Assembly: GCA_046290465.1 (NCBI GenBank)
Contig: JBKAGP010000001.1
Location: 768,001-832,000 of the forward strand
DNA length: 64,000 nt
Reading direction: 5' to 3'
Source: Planctomycetota bacterium
Lineage (GTDB): Bacteria; Planctomycetota; UBA1135; UBA2386
Shown here in pieces: positions 59,207-64,000 of this stretch. Position 1 is the first letter of the stretch. Each line of letters starts with the position of its first letter. The position numbers and the translations under genes are program-made. Below the pieces are notes generated by a model. That model searched no databases and was not told the origin of the DNA. It saw only the letters and a list, made by a program, of their open reading frames with translations.

Positions 59207-59295
59207 GCCCGGGAATATACCGGCGCAAGCCGCCGTCGCGAACCGACCCGCTGCTGCCGGGAATGCGGCGGCGCCGGGCTCGTCTCAAAGCTGCA

Positions 59296-60510
59296 ATGCA
59301 CACCATCGAGCGCCGGTCCGGCAGCGCCGGCTTCACCCTGATCGAGCTGCTGATCGTCACCGCCATCCTCGGCCTGCTCGCGGTGTTCGCGAGCCACGCG
59401 CTGGTCGGCCTCGCCGACGACGTGGTCGTGCCCGCCGCCGGCCCCGCGACCGTCGACGTCGCGGCGTCGCAGGCGGCACGGCTGGTCCAGCTCGCCGGCG
59501 TCGCGGTGCTGCTGTTCGGCGCCGGCTTCTGGTATCTGGCCAACCTGCATCGTCCCGGCCAGCTCGACCGCTTCCGGCTCGGCCACTTCCTGCTGGTCGC
59601 GCTGACCTACTCGCTGTTCTTCGTCGCGTTCGCGGTGCTCGACGGGCGCGGCTGGTCGATGGCCGCCGCCGTCTCGCTCGCCGCTGCGGTGTCGTATCCG
59701 CTGGTCACGCTGCACGTCGCAACGATCACCGGCTGGCGCTTCGCGCTGCTCGCGGCCCTGCCGCTGACGGCGTGGACCACCGGCATCGTCGTCAACGGCG
59801 TCTACGGCGGCGAGCTGCGCAGCCTGATCTACCTCGGCATGCTGGCCACGGCCGTCGCCTTCTTGACCTGGACCTACCCGCGCCTGATGCGCGGCATCGA
59901 GGGCCATCGCGAACAGCTCCAGCAGCGGCTGCTGCGCGAGGCCGACGAGGTCGCCGACTTGGCCGCCCAGCTGCGCGAACGGCTGGTGGCGGCCGAAGTG
60001 CTGCTGCGCACGCCCGACCACGACGAAGGCCACGGCCTGCGCCGCTGGCTCGAGCAGCGCGTCGAGCACGGCCAGCGCACGCTCGAACTGGCCCAGGGCC
60101 TGGCCCGCACCTCCGAACGGGTGCGCTACCTGACCGGCCGGATCGAGCGGCACCAGGCCTGCCTCGACGGCCTGACCAGCTCGCGCCAGCTGCGCGAACG
60201 GATCCCGCCCGCGATCGAGTCGCTGCAGGCCACCACCGCCCACCTGGCCAGCCACCGCGAGCAGCACGCGCCACCGCCGCCGCCAGCCGCCGACGTCGAT
60301 CGGCGCCACTGCATCGGCTGCGGCCACGGCAACCCGGCCGACGCCCGCTTCTGCGCCAACTGCGGTCGGCCGAGCACCGAGCGGCGCGAGTGCCGCCGCT
60401 GCGCGCACGTGCTGCACCTGCCGCCGCACCTGCTGCGCGAACGAGCCGAGGACGAGGCCGCGGCGACCTACTGCCACTGCTGCGGCGAGCGGCACGCCGA
60501 GGCTGGCTGA
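59296..60510 (+). CDS. Prepilin-type N-terminal motif + multi-TM (CreD-like) segment + coiled region + Zn ribbons
   Basis: G|FTLIELLIVTAILGLLA; about 5 further TM helices; CIGC..CANC..CRRC..CHCC. Confidence 0.7.
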   Translation: MHTIERRSGSAGFTLIELLIVTAILGLLAVFASHALVGLADDVVVPAAGPATVDVAASQAARLVQLAGVAVLLFGAGFWYLANLHRPGQLDRFRLGHFLLVALTYSLFFVAFAVLDGRGWSMAAAVSLAAAVSYPLVTLHVATITGWRFALLAALPLTAWTTGIVVNGVYGGELRSLIYLGMLATAVAFLTWTYPRLMRGIEGHREQLQQRLLREADEVADLAAQLRERLVAAEVLLRTPDHDEGHGLRRWLEQRVEHGQRTLELAQGLARTSERVRYLTGRIERHQACLDGLTSSRQLRERIPPAIESLQATTAHLASHREQHAPPPPPAADVDRRHCIGCGHGNPADARFCANCGRPSTERRECRRCAHVLHLPPHLLRERAEDEAAATYCHCCGERHAEAG

Positions 60511-60612
60511 CCTTGCTCGGCAACCTGCCAAACCCTCTTCACCCAAGCGGGGCGGAGTCCTATCCTGTTCGCCCCGCAAGCCGGCAGTCCCGGCGCGCGC
60601 CGCACCCCGCCC

Positions 60613-63489
<2,877 letters not shown>

Positions 63490-63536
63490 GCGCGCGGGTT
63501 AGGCCTGTGCGGCGAACTGCGGTAGCATTGCCGCGC

Positions 63537-64000
63537 ATGCGCAAGGTCCTCTCTGTCGCGTGCGTGCTGCTGCTCGGCCTGCCGGCGGTGGCGCAGGTCC
63601 ACTACCATCCCGACGGCCGACCCTGGAAGCAGAAGGCCAACGACGGACCGGACCAGGTCGTCGACGGCTGGTACTACAACCTCGGCGTCACCGGCATCCG
63701 CGTCGAGCTGATCGAGGCCGCGCCGACGCACCTGGTCGTGCGGCACGTGTTCGACGGCTCCCCCGCCGCCCGCCGGCTGCGCGTCGGGGACCACATCGTC
63801 GGCGCCGCGGGCAAGCCGTTCGTCGAGCCGCACCGCAACGGCTACGGCATGAAGGTGTTCGGCGCCCACGGCCCGATCCGCGACTTCGCTGACGCGCTGG
63901 AGGCTGCGCTCGGCGGCAAGGGTCGCGCCAAGGGCCGCCTGCAGCTGTCGCTGCTGCGCGACGGCAAGCCGATCGACGTCACGCTCAAGCTCGGGGCGAA
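63537..64000 (+). CDS. Secreted PDZ-like protein (DUF6288-type N-terminus), 3'-truncated
   Basis: Not in the ORF track; MRKVLSVACVLLLGLPAVAQ..., YNLGVTGIR, VFDGSPAARRLRVGDHIVGA; open to the window end. Confidence 0.7.
   Translation, partial: MRKVLSVACVLLLGLPAVAQVHYHPDGRPWKQKANDGPDQVVDGWYYNLGVTGIRVELIEAAPTHLVVRHVFDGSPAARRLRVGDHIVGAAGKPFVEPHRNGYGMKVFGAHGPIRDFADALEAALGGKGRAKGRLQLSLLRDGKPIDVTLKLGA

Overview
High-GC bacterial chromosomal window with no mobile elements. A Planctomycetota origin (possibly OM190-like) is inferred from the DUF1592/DUF1552 pair and the secreted-protein repertoire. It holds about 41 real genes; the many long antisense ORFs are GC shadow frames. Contents: (i) carboxypeptidase M32, GH2 and Nfu genes plus tRNA-Leu(CAA); (ii) a cobalamin-riboswitch-led operon with a BtuH-like surface protein, two DUF71/Dph6-like PP-loop ATPases and a DUF6580 membrane protein; (iii) a long minus-strand core run (CHRD protein, ClC, site-2 protease, recA, alaS, rpmF-plsX-fabH-fabG-acpP-fabF with no fabD, ROK kinase, ddl, LapB-like and TPR proteins); (iv) a large block of secreted proteins (CRTAC1-like, beta-helix paralogs, DUF1592/1552, tricorn S41, VPS10-PDZ, FG-GAP, LVIVD, YncE, PhoD, redoxin); (v) a pilin-motif/multi-TM/Zn-ribbon hybrid, gcvP and a partial PDZ protein. 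Best leads: the candidate corrinoid salvage/remodelling operon; a C-terminal domain shared by unrelated secreted enzymes, together with a near-universal Gln after the signal peptide, suggesting an undescribed export/anchoring system; and the pilin-CreD-like-Zn-ribbon protein. All family calls are by eye from motifs; no database searches were run.
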